Source: Armatimonadota bacterium
GTDB taxonomy: Bacteria; Armatimonadota; UBA5829; DTLH01
DNA length: 33,088 bases
Reading direction: 5' to 3'
Assembly: GCA_039680575.1 (NCBI GenBank)
Contig: JBDKSP010000043.1
Location: forward strand, 1-33,088
Shown: positions 18,272 to 28,900 of the stretch, piece after piece
Layout of the letters: every line of letters begins with the position of its first letter
How positions within the stretch are numbered: position 1 is the stretch's first letter
The notes under the pieces: generated by a model
What the model was told of the DNA's origin: nothing
The model's database searches: none
Seen by the model: the letters and a program-made list of their open reading frames with translations, nothing else
Made by a program: the position numbers and the translations under genes

Positions 18272-18976
18272 ATGTCTATCAAGGCGCAACAAAAGCCTGC
18301 CAGCCCGGCTGAGATGATAAAAAGGTCGTTCGCAGTCTTTAAAAAAGACGTGACAGGTGAGTTCCGCACCCGCTACGCCGTGAACGCAATCTTTCTTTTT
18401 GCCGTGACGACACTTGTCGCTGTCAGTTTCTCTATCGGCGGGGCAGATGTAAGCCCTTCGGTGCAGTCTGCACTGCTCTGGATAATTATCTACTTCTCGG
18501 CGCTTTCGGGGCTCGCCCGTGCGTTCGTTAAGGAAGAGGAATCGCATACTTCGAGCGCGTTGAGGCTTGCTGCCGTGCCCGGCGCAGTATTCGGAGGCAA
18601 GCTCCTTTTCAACTTCCTGCTCCTCATCTTGCTTGAGCTTGTTACCGTGCCGCTCTTTGTGGGTATTATGGGCGTGCAGGTGAAGAACTGGCCACTTTTT
18701 ATCGTTGTAACAGGTGCCGGAAGCGCGGGGCTTGCGGTCTCTGCGACAATCGTTTCTGCAATAGTTTCAAAAGCAAATGCGAAAGGTGCTCTTTTCGCCG
18801 TGCTTTCGTTTCCGATTCTTCTGCCTGTCTTGATCGGCGGGATTCGCGGTACAAAGGCGGCACTTTCGAGCGTTCTTTTTGCAGATGGAATGCAGGATGT
18901 TAAGTTACTGGTATCGTACACTGGAGTGATGTTTGTCGTAGCACTCCTTGTTTTTCGATTTATCTGGGAGGACTGA
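18272..18976 (+). CDS. ccmB: Heme exporter membrane protein CcmB
   Basis: Six TM segments, FKKDV..EFR, F..EEE, FGGK, FPILLPVLI. Confidence 0.9.
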   Translation: MSIKAQQKPASPAEMIKRSFAVFKKDVTGEFRTRYAVNAIFLFAVTTLVAVSFSIGGADVSPSVQSALLWIIIYFSALSGLARAFVKEEESHTSSALRLAAVPGAVFGGKLLFNFLLLILLELVTVPLFVGIMGVQVKNWPLFIVVTGAGSAGLAVSATIVSAIVSKANAKGALFAVLSFPILLPVLIGGIRGTKAALSSVLFADGMQDVKLLVSYTGVMFVVALLVFRFIWED

Positions 18977-19623
18977 TGCCTCTTAAAATACTCATTGGAA
19001 TATGGATGGCCGGAGTGATCGCGGCGGCGTTTCTTTACGCGCCCCCAGCCGAGGGGTTCGCGCATCCCGATGCCGCCCGGATCATATTCTTTCATGTTCC
19101 AAACGCCATAGTCGCATCCATCGCGTTTATCATGTCGGCGGTATACGGGATACGATACCTTAAAAACCGCAGTATGATGGATGATGCCAAATCTGCCGTC
19201 TCAGCCGAACTCGGGATGGTATTTGCCATACTCGCCACAATCACAGGGTCGCTTTTCGCACACATTCAGTGGAACAGCTGGTGGAACTGGGACCCGAGAG
19301 AGACATCCATCGCCGTGCTGCTCCTGATTTATGCTGCATACTTTGCCCTGAGATCAGCCGTCGAAGGGACGGAAAAGCGCGCAGCTCTTTCGGCTGTTTA
19401 TGCAGTCCTCGCGCTTCCGGCTATGGCCTTTTTGATGTTCGTTTTGCCGAGAGTGATGTTCTCGCTTCATCCCGCAAATACGCTCACTTCCAGCTCAGGG
19501 CTGAGTAATGAGTACAGGATGGTGCTGTACCCGGCCATACTCGGGTTTATCGGCCTGTTTATCTGGATGTTCCGCGTCAGAACGGCTCTTGCGGAGATCA
19601 AGCTCAAAATGAGGAGATACTGA
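18976..19623 (+). CDS. ccmC: Heme exporter protein CcmC
   Basis: RIIFFHVP, WNSWWNWDPRET (WWD domain), SLHP. Confidence 0.93.
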   Translation: MPLKILIGIWMAGVIAAAFLYAPPAEGFAHPDAARIIFFHVPNAIVASIAFIMSAVYGIRYLKNRSMMDDAKSAVSAELGMVFAILATITGSLFAHIQWNSWWNWDPRETSIAVLLLIYAAYFALRSAVEGTEKRAALSAVYAVLALPAMAFLMFVLPRVMFSLHPANTLTSSSGLSNEYRMVLYPAILGFIGLFIWMFRVRTALAEIKLKMRRY

Positions 19624-19624
19624 T

Positions 19625-19729
19625 ATGTCATCGCTTGTAGCGTTTATGATAGCCCCCTTGATCGTGTGGATAGGCCTCTTTTTCTACCTTCTTCACATCG
19701 ACCGGCAGGTGAAGGGACTCAAGAAGTGA
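19625..19729 (+). CDS. ccmD: CcmD-family small membrane protein (34 aa, not in the ORF track)
   Basis: MSSLVAFMIAPLIVWIGLFFYLLHIDRQVKGLKK: one TM plus charged tail, between ccmC and ccmE, GTGA overlap with ccmE. Confidence 0.82.
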   Translation: MSSLVAFMIAPLIVWIGLFFYLLHIDRQVKGLKK

Positions 19730-20094
19730 GAAGTTACTACATAATCGCCGGGGTGATAATACTTGCGTTTCTGACACTCGGCATATCAGCCTTTATGAGC
19801 TCGATGACACCTTATGTAGAAGATTTCTCGAAAGCCCAGGCATCCACGGAAGAGACTATTCAGGTTCCGGGCGACATCGTAAAGGGCAGGACTGAGTATG
19901 ATGTAAAGAACCGCGCTCTCGTGTTCTACCTGAAAGATGCAAAGCAGAGTGAGATGAAGGTTGTCTATCACGGCACCGCGCCAGCCAATTTCAACCACGC
20001 AAAAAAAGTCGTCGTATCAGGCAAATACCGTAACGGGGCATTCGAAGCCTCTGAGCTCAAGGCCAAATGCCCGTCGAAATATCAGCCGGAATAG
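19726..20094 (+). CDS. ccmE: Heme chaperone CcmE, CxxxY variant
   Basis: N-terminal TM, VVYHGTAPANF..VVVSG..FEASELKAKCPSKY; GTG start overlapping the ccmD stop. Confidence 0.9.
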   Translation: MRSYYIIAGVIILAFLTLGISAFMSSMTPYVEDFSKAQASTEETIQVPGDIVKGRTEYDVKNRALVFYLKDAKQSEMKVVYHGTAPANFNHAKKVVVSGKYRNGAFEASELKAKCPSKYQPE

Positions 20095-20102
20095 GGATTG
20101 TC

Positions 20103-22541
20103 ATGCAGACCGGTAACTTACTTCTTTCTTCAGCTTTTGCCGTCACAATCGCAGCTATAGCGGCCTATATCACCTCCGGGCTCGGTTATAAGCGGTTCAG
20201 GCGGTATAGCCGCGCGGCTTATTTCCTCTCGACAATTCTTATTACCTGCATTTCCGCTTATTTCATGGCGCTTATCCTAACGAACCACTTCGATGTCCGT
20301 TACATTGCCGAATACAGCTCAAGAGAGCTTCCCATTATCTATAAAATCTCAGTTTTCTGGGCAGGGGCGCAGGGGTCGCTCCTTTTTTGGGCGCTCGCGA
20401 GCGGAATTATCGGGCTCATCGTGATGCAGAAGTCCAGGGAGTTCGAACCCTGGACTATGGCCTTCCTGAGCGTCGTTCAGGCGTTATTCCTCTATCTGCT
20501 CCTGGTGGATAGCCCGTTCAAGCCCATGCTGATTACTCCAGCGGACGGAATGGGCCTGAGGGAGCTTCTGCGGAACCCGTGGATGGCGGTGCATCCGCCG
20601 GTCACGTTCATCGGTTATGCGGCAATTTCCGTCCCGGCGGCGTTTGCCGTTGCCGCGCTCATCAAAGGTGATTTCAGCAGATGGCGAAAGGCCGCTCTAC
20701 CCTGGGCCCTTTTAGGATGGGTAACTCTGGGCGCTGGGATAGTCTTCGGAAGTTATTGGGCATACGAGGTGCTCGGCTGGGGCGGCTACTGGGGATGGGA
20801 CCCGGTGGAGAACTCATCGCTTGTGCCATGGATCATTGGTACGGCGCTTCTCCACACGATGATTGCCGAGCGCTACCGCGGCAGCTTCCGAAGAGTCAAT
20901 GTAGTACTTGCACTTTTGGCTTTTACATTCGTCTTTTACGCCACTTTTTTGACCAGGAGCAACGTTATTAAGGACTCTGTCCATACTTTCGGTGATACTG
21001 CAACTGCCGGACCGCTGGTTTGCTTCATCCTGGCGTTTCTAGCCATTTCTATTGTCCTTATGGCGTGGAGGTGGAAGAAGCTCACCGGCGAGCCTAGCTA
21101 TACATCTGTCACATCGAAGGATTTTCTCTTTTTTCTCGCAGCCATATTCATAGTTACAGCAGGATTTCTGGTAATAACAGGCACATCAGCACCGATTATT
21201 GGCAGTATCATCTCGAAGAAGATCAGCCTTAAGCCGGATTTCTACAACAAGACGGTCTCGCCGGTTGCGCTCATAGTTCTCGCACTGATGGCGCTTGCAC
21301 CGGTAATCTCCTGGAGCCGAAACCGCGAACCGAGCAAAAGGCAACGTGCTTTACTTATCGCTGCTCTCGTTTTGATCTGCGCTGTTTTTATAGTGGCGTT
21401 AATTACAAGGGAATATCTGACCGTCACGGCCATCGGGATACTCACAGTGGCGATAGCGGGGCTTGCTACAAACGCCTATACACTCGTAAGATCGTGCAGG
21501 TTCGGGCTGCGTGGGATTGGGGGATTCCTCTCGCATGCAGGTATCTCGATTATGTTCCTCGGCATCGTGCTTTCGGCTAACGGCGGTACACCGGAGAATC
21601 TTACACTTATAAAAGATAAACCAGCCGCTGCTCTCCTGACCGAATCCAAACTTTCCCGCTCAAAGCGCGAGTATCGATTCACCTATCAGGGCTATCAGGA
21701 CTTTGGCGACAGAATGAAGCTGAATATCCGCGTCGAAAGTGGCAAAAAGCCGGTCAATGCGGCGGTAATGATACCCACGGCGGGGAGTAACGATACTCCA
21801 CCGAAGCCAGCGATTATAAGCTCATTTGTGAGAGACATCTATATTGCGCCGCAGGCCGGGCCTGAGAGGAAAGAGGGACTGGTCGAACTCGGCAAACCCG
21901 TGGAGCTTTCCGGTTACACGTTGACGTTTATCAATTTCGCAAAGTCCTCCGGTAACCGTGTTGGAGCAAAACTGGAAGTAGAATCGAATGGACAGAAGCA
22001 CACTATTATCCCGTGGTTGGTCAAAAGGTCTGAATCTTCACCAACTGTCGATGTCCCGGGAATGTCTTCCTCCATAGGTATCACAGGAATCAGCGTCGAG
22101 GAGCACGCGGTGGATGTAGTATTCACCCCGAAGTCCGGGAAGCCGCAGGTGTTTAGGCTTGTGAAGGGTGAGGAGAAGACGGCAGCGGGAGGATACAGGT
22201 TCTTATTCAAAAAGTGGTTCTTCCCATCCGGCGGTATGGGCGACATGCAGGCCGGAGCAAGGATAGATATAACCCACAGCGGGAAGACTGTGAGTGTGGA
22301 GCCGGTCTACAGTCCAAATTCCGGCGCATCAGCGGTTTCCCGGCCTGTAAAAGTGCCCGTCACTGGTGATATAATCGAGTTGCTGGATTTGGATATAAAT
22401 AAAGGGCTGATAGAACTTGCTGTTACAACTGACAGCGCGGTTGTGAGCGTGAGCGCAAAGCCCTTCATGAGCCTTTTTTGGAGCGGAGCGATACTTACGC
22501 TCATGGGAGGCACAATTGCACTATGGCGGCGGGTGAAATGA
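20103..22541 (+). CDS. ccmF: Cytochrome c heme lyase CcmF with extended periplasmic region
   Basis: FWAGAQGSLLFW, LLRNPWMAVHPP, WAYEVLGWGGYWGWDPVENSS, FLTRS..SVHTF, LSHAG, KPFMSLFWSG. Confidence 0.94.
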   Translation: MQTGNLLLSSAFAVTIAAIAAYITSGLGYKRFRRYSRAAYFLSTILITCISAYFMALILTNHFDVRYIAEYSSRELPIIYKISVFWAGAQGSLLFWALASGIIGLIVMQKSREFEPWTMAFLSVVQALFLYLLLVDSPFKPMLITPADGMGLRELLRNPWMAVHPPVTFIGYAAISVPAAFAVAALIKGDFSRWRKAALPWALLGWVTLGAGIVFGSYWAYEVLGWGGYWGWDPVENSSLVPWIIGTALLHTMIAERYRGSFRRVNVVLALLAFTFVFYATFLTRSNVIKDSVHTFGDTATAGPLVCFILAFLAISIVLMAWRWKKLTGEPSYTSVTSKDFLFFLAAIFIVTAGFLVITGTSAPIIGSIISKKISLKPDFYNKTVSPVALIVLALMALAPVISWSRNREPSKRQRALLIAALVLICAVFIVALITREYLTVTAIGILTVAIAGLATNAYTLVRSCRFGLRGIGGFLSHAGISIMFLGIVLSANGGTPENLTLIKDKPAAALLTESKLSRSKREYRFTYQGYQDFGDRMKLNIRVESGKKPVNAAVMIPTAGSNDTPPKPAIISSFVRDIYIAPQAGPERKEGLVELGKPVELSGYTLTFINFAKSSGNRVGAKLEVESNGQKHTIIPWLVKRSESSPTVDVPGMSSSIGITGISVEEHAVDVVFTPKSGKPQVFRLVKGEEKTAAGGYRFLFKKWFFPSGGMGDMQAGARIDITHSGKTVSVEPVYSPNSGASAVSRPVKVPVTGDIIELLDLDINKGLIELAVTTDSAVVSVSAKPFMSLFWSGAILTLMGGTIALWRRVK

Positions 22542-22559
22542 TCCGAATATGACTAAAAC

Positions 22560-22606
22560 CAGCTCCCTGGCACAGAATATAGTTCAATTCATGTACCAAG
22601 GAGCTG
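22560..22606. terminator. Hairpin between convergent genes, possible bidirectional terminator
   Basis: CAGCTCCCTGGCACA ... TGTACCAAGGAGCTG, 13 of 15 complementary. Confidence 0.5.
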
Positions 22607-22612
22607 CTATTC

Positions 22613-24148
22613 TCAAGCCTTTTCTGCTTTAAAGACCACTTTGTAGGTTTTGTCCTTCTCTATCTTATTTATGTCGGGCAGGATGAGAAAATCATCCGCT
22701 ATCACAGGATTAAGCCCCTGTCCTTCCAGTATCTTTATGTTCTTTAGCCTCTCCGGGAAGATAGCCGAGGGTGGACGTTTGCAGGAACTGTCTTTTATCC
22801 CTTTGACCTCGAAGGTGTATACTCCATCTTTCTCTGTCAGACTCTGTTCCCAGTACAGGTTCCGTGTCACAAGCCTTGCATCCCACGCGGGGTCACCGTA
22901 GAGCACGAATATATCGCGGTCCACAATCAGCTTTATTATCCACATTACGTCCGGATTCACCTCGGAGAATCCCAGGTCACTGGCTATTTTATCAGCTGAT
23001 GTTGTTCTATATTGCTTGATCTCATAGGCGTTCGCACCCGGCATCCTATTCTCCAACTTGCTTATCAGCAGTTGTTTGCTCAGATACCAAGACTCCACCA
23101 AGTTGAACCTGCCGGGTTGACACACGAAGTAGTAGTAAGTTCCCCATCCAGAGAATCCTTGATCTGTCAACGAAAGGTATGCCGCCATCTGGTTTACACC
23201 ACAAGAGCCCATATATGCAAGCGCCATTGACTGCTTGTTCTTGATGTGACCTATCAGGCAGTTGCCGGGAGCCAGGTATACCTTTGGATTGGGGGAGTTG
23301 ACGGCATATATATTCTGATTAGTATCCATCCCATATAAAACGCCGTTTTTGCATCTGAACTCTCCTGCGTTATATTTGTAGCCTATCAGCCAGTTATCCT
23401 CACTGGAGTGTCCGGAGGTGACGAACATGTCCGGCTGGCCGTCGTTCAGCCCATCCACCAACTCTTTTGCCAGGTCGTCAGGGCAGGATACTGCTTTTAC
23501 CACACCATCTTTGCCCTTTACCTCTGAGCAGTTCTTCTTAGACTCGTTATAGCGAGTCACTTCTTCCAGGTTTTCCACAGGTATGGTGTAAGCGGCGGAG
23601 AGGGCTTTATGGACTACCAAAGGCTCGGAGCAGGATGCTATTCTTAATGCGTCACGCACTGAATAACCCGTCAATATCCCGCTGAAGGTGTCCATGTAGA
23701 TGTCATCATCAAGCTTTCTGGACATTCTCAGGACATCCAGCACATACTGCTCATTTGCCTCTTCTGGTTTAGCTATAAAGCAGGTGTATCTGGGCATCCT
23801 TTTCGATAATTCGTCTTTAACCGACGTCACCTGGCCTGTGTATACCAATATTTCGGCTGAATACTTGTAAGAAATGGCATGCACCACCTTGCTCCACTCA
23901 GCATCTTTATAGGTGGAGTCTGATACCACTACCACATATCCACCATCTAGCTTTACCGGACGTATCTCTACTTTATTTACTTTATCTACTGCTTTAATAT
24001 CCTGTGGAAGGTCAAGTGAGAGCACTCCACCTCCTATTGTCACGGCAGGATATACCTCTACAGGCTGCGTGTCTTGTGGGTTTGCAATACCTGCTACTGT
24101 GAATGCCGCTAAAGCTGGTACTATGACAAAGAATATTCCGGTTCTCAT
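22613..24148 (-). CDS. Secreted protein, putative clan CD (C25/gingipain-like) cysteine peptidase fold
   Basis: Signal peptide from MRTGIFF (ATG 24148); FVTSGH, YLAPGNCLIG and VLYGDP in clan CD order. Confidence 0.55.
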   Translation of the reverse strand: MRTGIFFVIVPALAAFTVAGIANPQDTQPVEVYPAVTIGGGVLSLDLPQDIKAVDKVNKVEIRPVKLDGGYVVVVSDSTYKDAEWSKVVHAISYKYSAEILVYTGQVTSVKDELSKRMPRYTCFIAKPEEANEQYVLDVLRMSRKLDDDIYMDTFSGILTGYSVRDALRIASCSEPLVVHKALSAAYTIPVENLEEVTRYNESKKNCSEVKGKDGVVKAVSCPDDLAKELVDGLNDGQPDMFVTSGHSSEDNWLIGYKYNAGEFRCKNGVLYGMDTNQNIYAVNSPNPKVYLAPGNCLIGHIKNKQSMALAYMGSCGVNQMAAYLSLTDQGFSGWGTYYYFVCQPGRFNLVESWYLSKQLLISKLENRMPGANAYEIKQYRTTSADKIASDLGFSEVNPDVMWIIKLIVDRDIFVLYGDPAWDARLVTRNLYWEQSLTEKDGVYTFEVKGIKDSSCKRPPSAIFPERLKNIKILEGQGLNPVIADDFLILPDINKIEKDKTYKVVFKAEKA

Positions 24149-24179
24149 CCTAATTATTCTCCAAACCAATATAATTAAG

Positions 24180-25772
24180 TTACTCATTAATCAACCTCAC
24201 TTTATAATCAGCATATATCACAACCTTCCAACTATAGCCTGCATCAAGCACTCCGATGATTTCACTCTCTGGATGCTCCATCTTATCTTTGTCTGGCTGG
24301 TGATATGTGAATATCTCTTGTTCAGTTCCAGGCCTTCGATACTCACTGCGGTCATCTGAAGTATATTGATTCATCTCTTTCGTGTAACAACCTCCTAGTG
24401 GAAATCTACCATCATGTTCATTTGCATACATGAGTAGAGCATATGCAATATGCTCAGCATTAGATAGTATCAGCACCTTCTCGTCTTCTTCGTTCAGTGG
24501 AGCATCGGCTGTCAATTTTTCTAATGGAGTTGCGGGACGAGATGCAAGCTCTGCCATATAAACGCAGTTATCTCGTATATAAGCAATTTTTTTCGAATCC
24601 ACTGACCATGTAGGGCTGCTGCTACCTGAATCCAAAGATATACACATTCTGTCATACTTGTGAGATGCAGGAGTTATAAGCCAAAGCATATTAATTGATC
24701 CAATTCGGCCATCCGGATCATTAAAAGCCACTGCATTTCGCCGATATAAAAGCATTTTGCTATTTGGAGACCAGCCAAGTGCTACAGAATCATTTTGTGA
24801 TGATGCTATGGTTTTGCCGGTTGACCTAGATGCTACATCGAAAAAGAGCGTGCGATCTTTTGCAAGTGGTTCGAAACAATAAGGTGCTACTAGTTTTGGA
24901 TCACTGCCATCCTTGGCTCTAGTTTTCTTCACAACAAAAAACATGTCGTCAGATGATTGCATGTAGTCAGGTTTGTAATTTTTCGTTATGACATCATCAG
25001 GTTTTCCGTCAGTGTAGATCTCTCTTAGCTCAGATGTTTCATTGAGTTCAAATGATTTCGGATCTTCCTGTGTTGTCTCACAAAGCAACCCTTTATTCAC
25101 ACTTGTCCAGCCTATAAGTTTGATTGGTCCTTCGTTTTGTATATAGACTGTCTGCATAGTGTTGGCATCAAGATCAAAAATTAGCACTCCTGTTTGAAAC
25201 ACATCAAGATCATCATTAAACCAATGTCCTGCTGCCGCAACTTTATGATTGTCCCGGCTCCAGGTTATGTAGCTTAACAAAAGCTCCTTTGGACGTTTGA
25301 TGGATGCCTTGACATCTCCTGTAATAGTTAGCACTAACAAGTAATATTCACAGGGCTTCTGTGAATCACTGGGATAATCCAAGATAGCATCGACTGCCAC
25401 TAGTCTACTATCAGGAGACCATACAAAATCTGCAATATACCAATGTTCCTCATGATTCTGCTGCAATTCATTCCATGTCATTGGTTCTTGAAGCAACACA
25501 TGAGGTTGTCCACCAATGGACTTTACAACTAGTAATCCAGAGCATCCGTCAGGTTTATCTGCTTTGTATGCAACATACTTTCCATTGGGTGAAATGCAGG
25601 GCTTATTTGCAGATCCATCTGATTTGAGCGTTAATTGTCTAGTATTCGCAATTTCCACCATCTGATCGCCAACTATCATCTTTGTTACCGGCATTGGATC
25701 TGGCACACTGGGTGTGAAAGCGCAGCACAATTTACTTGTAATAATGAAAAATAAGATTAATATCTTCCACAT
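24180..25772 (-). CDS. Secreted TolB/PD40-like beta-propeller with a C-terminal DUF1559-like module
   Basis: PCISPNGKYVAY, WSPDSRLVA, WSRDNHKVA, WSPNSKMLLY, PTWSVDSKKIAY; LSNAEHIAYALLMYANEHDGRFP..VIYADYKV. Confidence 0.7.
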   Translation of the reverse strand: MWKILILFFIITSKLCCAFTPSVPDPMPVTKMIVGDQMVEIANTRQLTLKSDGSANKPCISPNGKYVAYKADKPDGCSGLLVVKSIGGQPHVLLQEPMTWNELQQNHEEHWYIADFVWSPDSRLVAVDAILDYPSDSQKPCEYYLLVLTITGDVKASIKRPKELLLSYITWSRDNHKVAAAGHWFNDDLDVFQTGVLIFDLDANTMQTVYIQNEGPIKLIGWTSVNKGLLCETTQEDPKSFELNETSELREIYTDGKPDDVITKNYKPDYMQSSDDMFFVVKKTRAKDGSDPKLVAPYCFEPLAKDRTLFFDVASRSTGKTIASSQNDSVALGWSPNSKMLLYRRNAVAFNDPDGRIGSINMLWLITPASHKYDRMCISLDSGSSSPTWSVDSKKIAYIRDNCVYMAELASRPATPLEKLTADAPLNEEDEKVLILSNAEHIAYALLMYANEHDGRFPLGGCYTKEMNQYTSDDRSEYRRPGTEQEIFTYHQPDKDKMEHPESEIIGVLDAGYSWKVVIYADYKVRLINE

Positions 25773-25821
25773 TATAAACTCCTTAAGGTTGATGTCTCGC
25801 GGATTTTGTAAAATATTCTAA

Positions 25822-25852
25822 AGGGGGATGGGTTGGTGGTATTCATCCCCCT
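25822..25852. other. Intergenic hairpin between rhs and the propeller gene
   Basis: AGGGGGATG / CATCCCCCT 9-bp stem. Confidence 0.4.
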
Positions 25853-25984
25853 AGCACTAATGCTGTATTGCCTGGCATTTATACTTTATTACTATGCACT
25901 AAATAAGAATCTTAATGGTTAATATCTTTCTGGAATACAACCAAGCTGCAAAGTAACAACTTCCAGGGCAAATACATCAATGAG

Positions 25985-28900
25985 CTAATTCCCCATACAT
26001 GCATGCGTTATATCCTCTGCTTTCATTTCTTCATAGATATAAGGATATGGATCGGTTTGCTTGCCCCAAGTCCTATGGCAATAATGATCGCAGGTCCATA
26101 TTCCATCTTGTATGGCCTTTGCTCTATCTGGATAATCGATTTTGTATTGATTCCACCATCCAGCGGCTTGAACTTCCGCATCAGTAATAAACAGCTTTTG
26201 CTTAAACCTGCAATAATGTACTGCCTCATGAATAAGGGTGCTAAGTTCAAGTCCGTTACTTTTAACAATTATAGCATCACGACTCGGGTCAGTAAGCCCA
26301 GCTGGATTATTCTTAGCGTCTAATATTTGATTTGTATCTACCTCAATAAGGGGAGGTTGCCCGTTATCCTTGAACGCCATTTTCATACAAGCCGTAAAAC
26401 CATTGTGTGTACCACCGTATTTTGTTAATGCTGCTATGCAGGTTGCGTTGTTATTAAGTATATCAGATGCTTTTTTTATTAATTTTGGCAATGTCCCACA
26501 ACTTGCAGCACCATTTCCCTTAATGTATAAACCTGTTGGGTCAGTCCAAATTATTGGACTACTACCAGAGTATATGTAATAGTTATTACCATCTTTTGCT
26601 GGGTCAGGTTGAGTAAACCTGCCTGTACTCGGATCATAATACCTTACCCCAAGCTGCAGGAGGTTCAGTGTCGGCTCCTGGTAATGGGTGTAGTATCCCA
26701 ACTTTCCAACATACTGATAAGGATTATCGGCAGTAGTCCCTGATGTATGAGTAACATTCCCCCAGGCATCGTAGCTGTAGGTATCTGTAGTGACACCATT
26801 TTCATCCGTTAAGGCTATGGTGCTTCCAAGCCCGTCGAAGTGATAGGTCCTGCTGTACTGGTAAACTCCACTAACGTACTTCTCTCTACTTATCAATGCA
26901 CCAGAAGGTTCCCTGGTATTCATATAAGCAGTAGTGCCTGTAGCCTCATATACCACTGCTGGGATAGATGCCGTAGGATCATAGACGAAGTAGTAGGCAC
27001 TTCCGCTCTTGGTTATCAGCTTCACTCTGTTCCTGCTATTATTATAGAAGAACCTGGTGTTAGTGTCGCTTGTGCCTGCTGAAAGAGTGGGATTGCTTGT
27101 GCAGGTAACAATCTCTGTATTCATACCTATCTGCTTGCCTTCTCTGTCATAGTGATAGGTATATCTCTTGGCACTGCTGTTGCCCATAGGAACAGTCATA
27201 CTTGTCTTCTGTCCCTGCAGTCCCCAGGTATAGGTTATGGAGCCGTATCCCGCAGGCAGTGCTGGTGTATAACTTATGAGCCTTCCCTGTCCATCATAGC
27301 TGTAGCTCGATGTTACACTCTGAGTATCTATGACCTCCGTCACTGTAGCAACTCTATCTGTCGGGATAACAGAATCATCATAGGTATAGCTTACAATGCT
27401 GCCGTCGGGATCACTTGCAGGAATTGCTATAGGCAAGGCAAATGTGCCAAGATAGTTATAGTCTATCTTCACTACCCTGTCCAGATAATCATACTCATAG
27501 GCTGCTATCTTGCCGTCTCCATCTTTGACTGCGGCAAGCCTTCCATACTGGTCATACAGATACTCCTCAGAGCCAAGTGTGGCTTCCATACCCTGAGGGT
27601 AGTAGTTTATCTTATCCACCCTTCCAAGATCGTCATACTCGTAGTTTATGACGGCTGTGTCGGTGGAGTTCTTCCTTGTAGTGATATTGACTAGCCTTCC
27701 AAACACACCGCTGTAGTCATACTCTACAAGAGGAGTCTGCTCTGACTGACCTGTTACATCAGCCCACTGCTTTATCATCGTCCCCTTGGTGTTATAACCG
27801 TAGTGGACTGCATTTCCCTCTTCATCTGTTACGGATGTAAGGTAGCAGCAGCCTCCGTAGTCATTGACTCTGGTCTTCCTTGTGCTTTCACCTGTGACAA
27901 GTGGATATGTTGTAGTAGTAGACCTGCCTTTCCAGTCGTAGTCGTAGTTGGTCCTTCTATCGTGCTCATCCTCACTCCACATAAGCTGACCCAGTGCATC
28001 ATAGCATGACTCAGTAGTCTTGCCCTCACAGGTAGCCGTGGTAGTAAGTGTTCCTCCTAAATAACTATAGGAGTATGTTGTCACCTGATCTTTGTTCGTC
28101 CCTTGTGTGGCTACACCGTATACTGTCGATGTATGAAGCATCCCCTTATGAGTATCAGGAGTGGTATAGTAGGTGTAAGACCCAGTCTTTACCAACTGGC
28201 TGTCTACCTCGTGCCAGACCTCTGCCGTGCTTCCATCTGCATTTACCACATACTTTGCGGTCTTTCCTTTATAATCCTTTTCTATGGTTGTAAAAGACGT
28301 CATCACACCATCTAATACCTTGTAATTATTAGCTGTGCTAAAACTGGTGCTGTTTATGGTGAGAGTCGCCTGTCTTAACATCCCGTTTCCTGCAACTCCT
28401 CCTGATATTACCTCATCATAAGGGGCGGAATCAGGACTGGTTGTCACATCATACTCTAGATCAGGGTCATAGTAGTCGTATGTAGTGGTCTTTTCTCTTC
28501 TTTTGGTGAGATCATTTTCATAATCTATCGAGACTGCACTTGCGATATTGCCGTAGTTCCAGTTTCCCGGGGTAGTCATATTTCTGTTGTACACTGTAGT
28601 ATGCAGCGGTACAAGCTGGAAGTTCTCATATACCAGAGCTACTTTTTTGTAGATAAAGGAGTTATTCCCCTGGGCGTCTCTATAGTACCAGTGTTCAACA
28701 ATCTTATCAGCCCAGTCACTGTCCCAGCCGGGATAATCCACAGATCCGGTAGATGCACACTGCCGGATGGTGGTCCTGCCATAATCAGCTATATCATCAT
28801 CATCGATATCAACAGTGTCATAGCTGTATTTGGTCTGGGAGTATACCTGCGGCGTATAAAACTGCGGATACTCACTTGGATGCGCCGCTACATAATCAGG

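Noticed and set aside
25773..25984. Small immunity ORF after rhs
   Set aside because: Only a roughly 21-codon frame without a clear RBS
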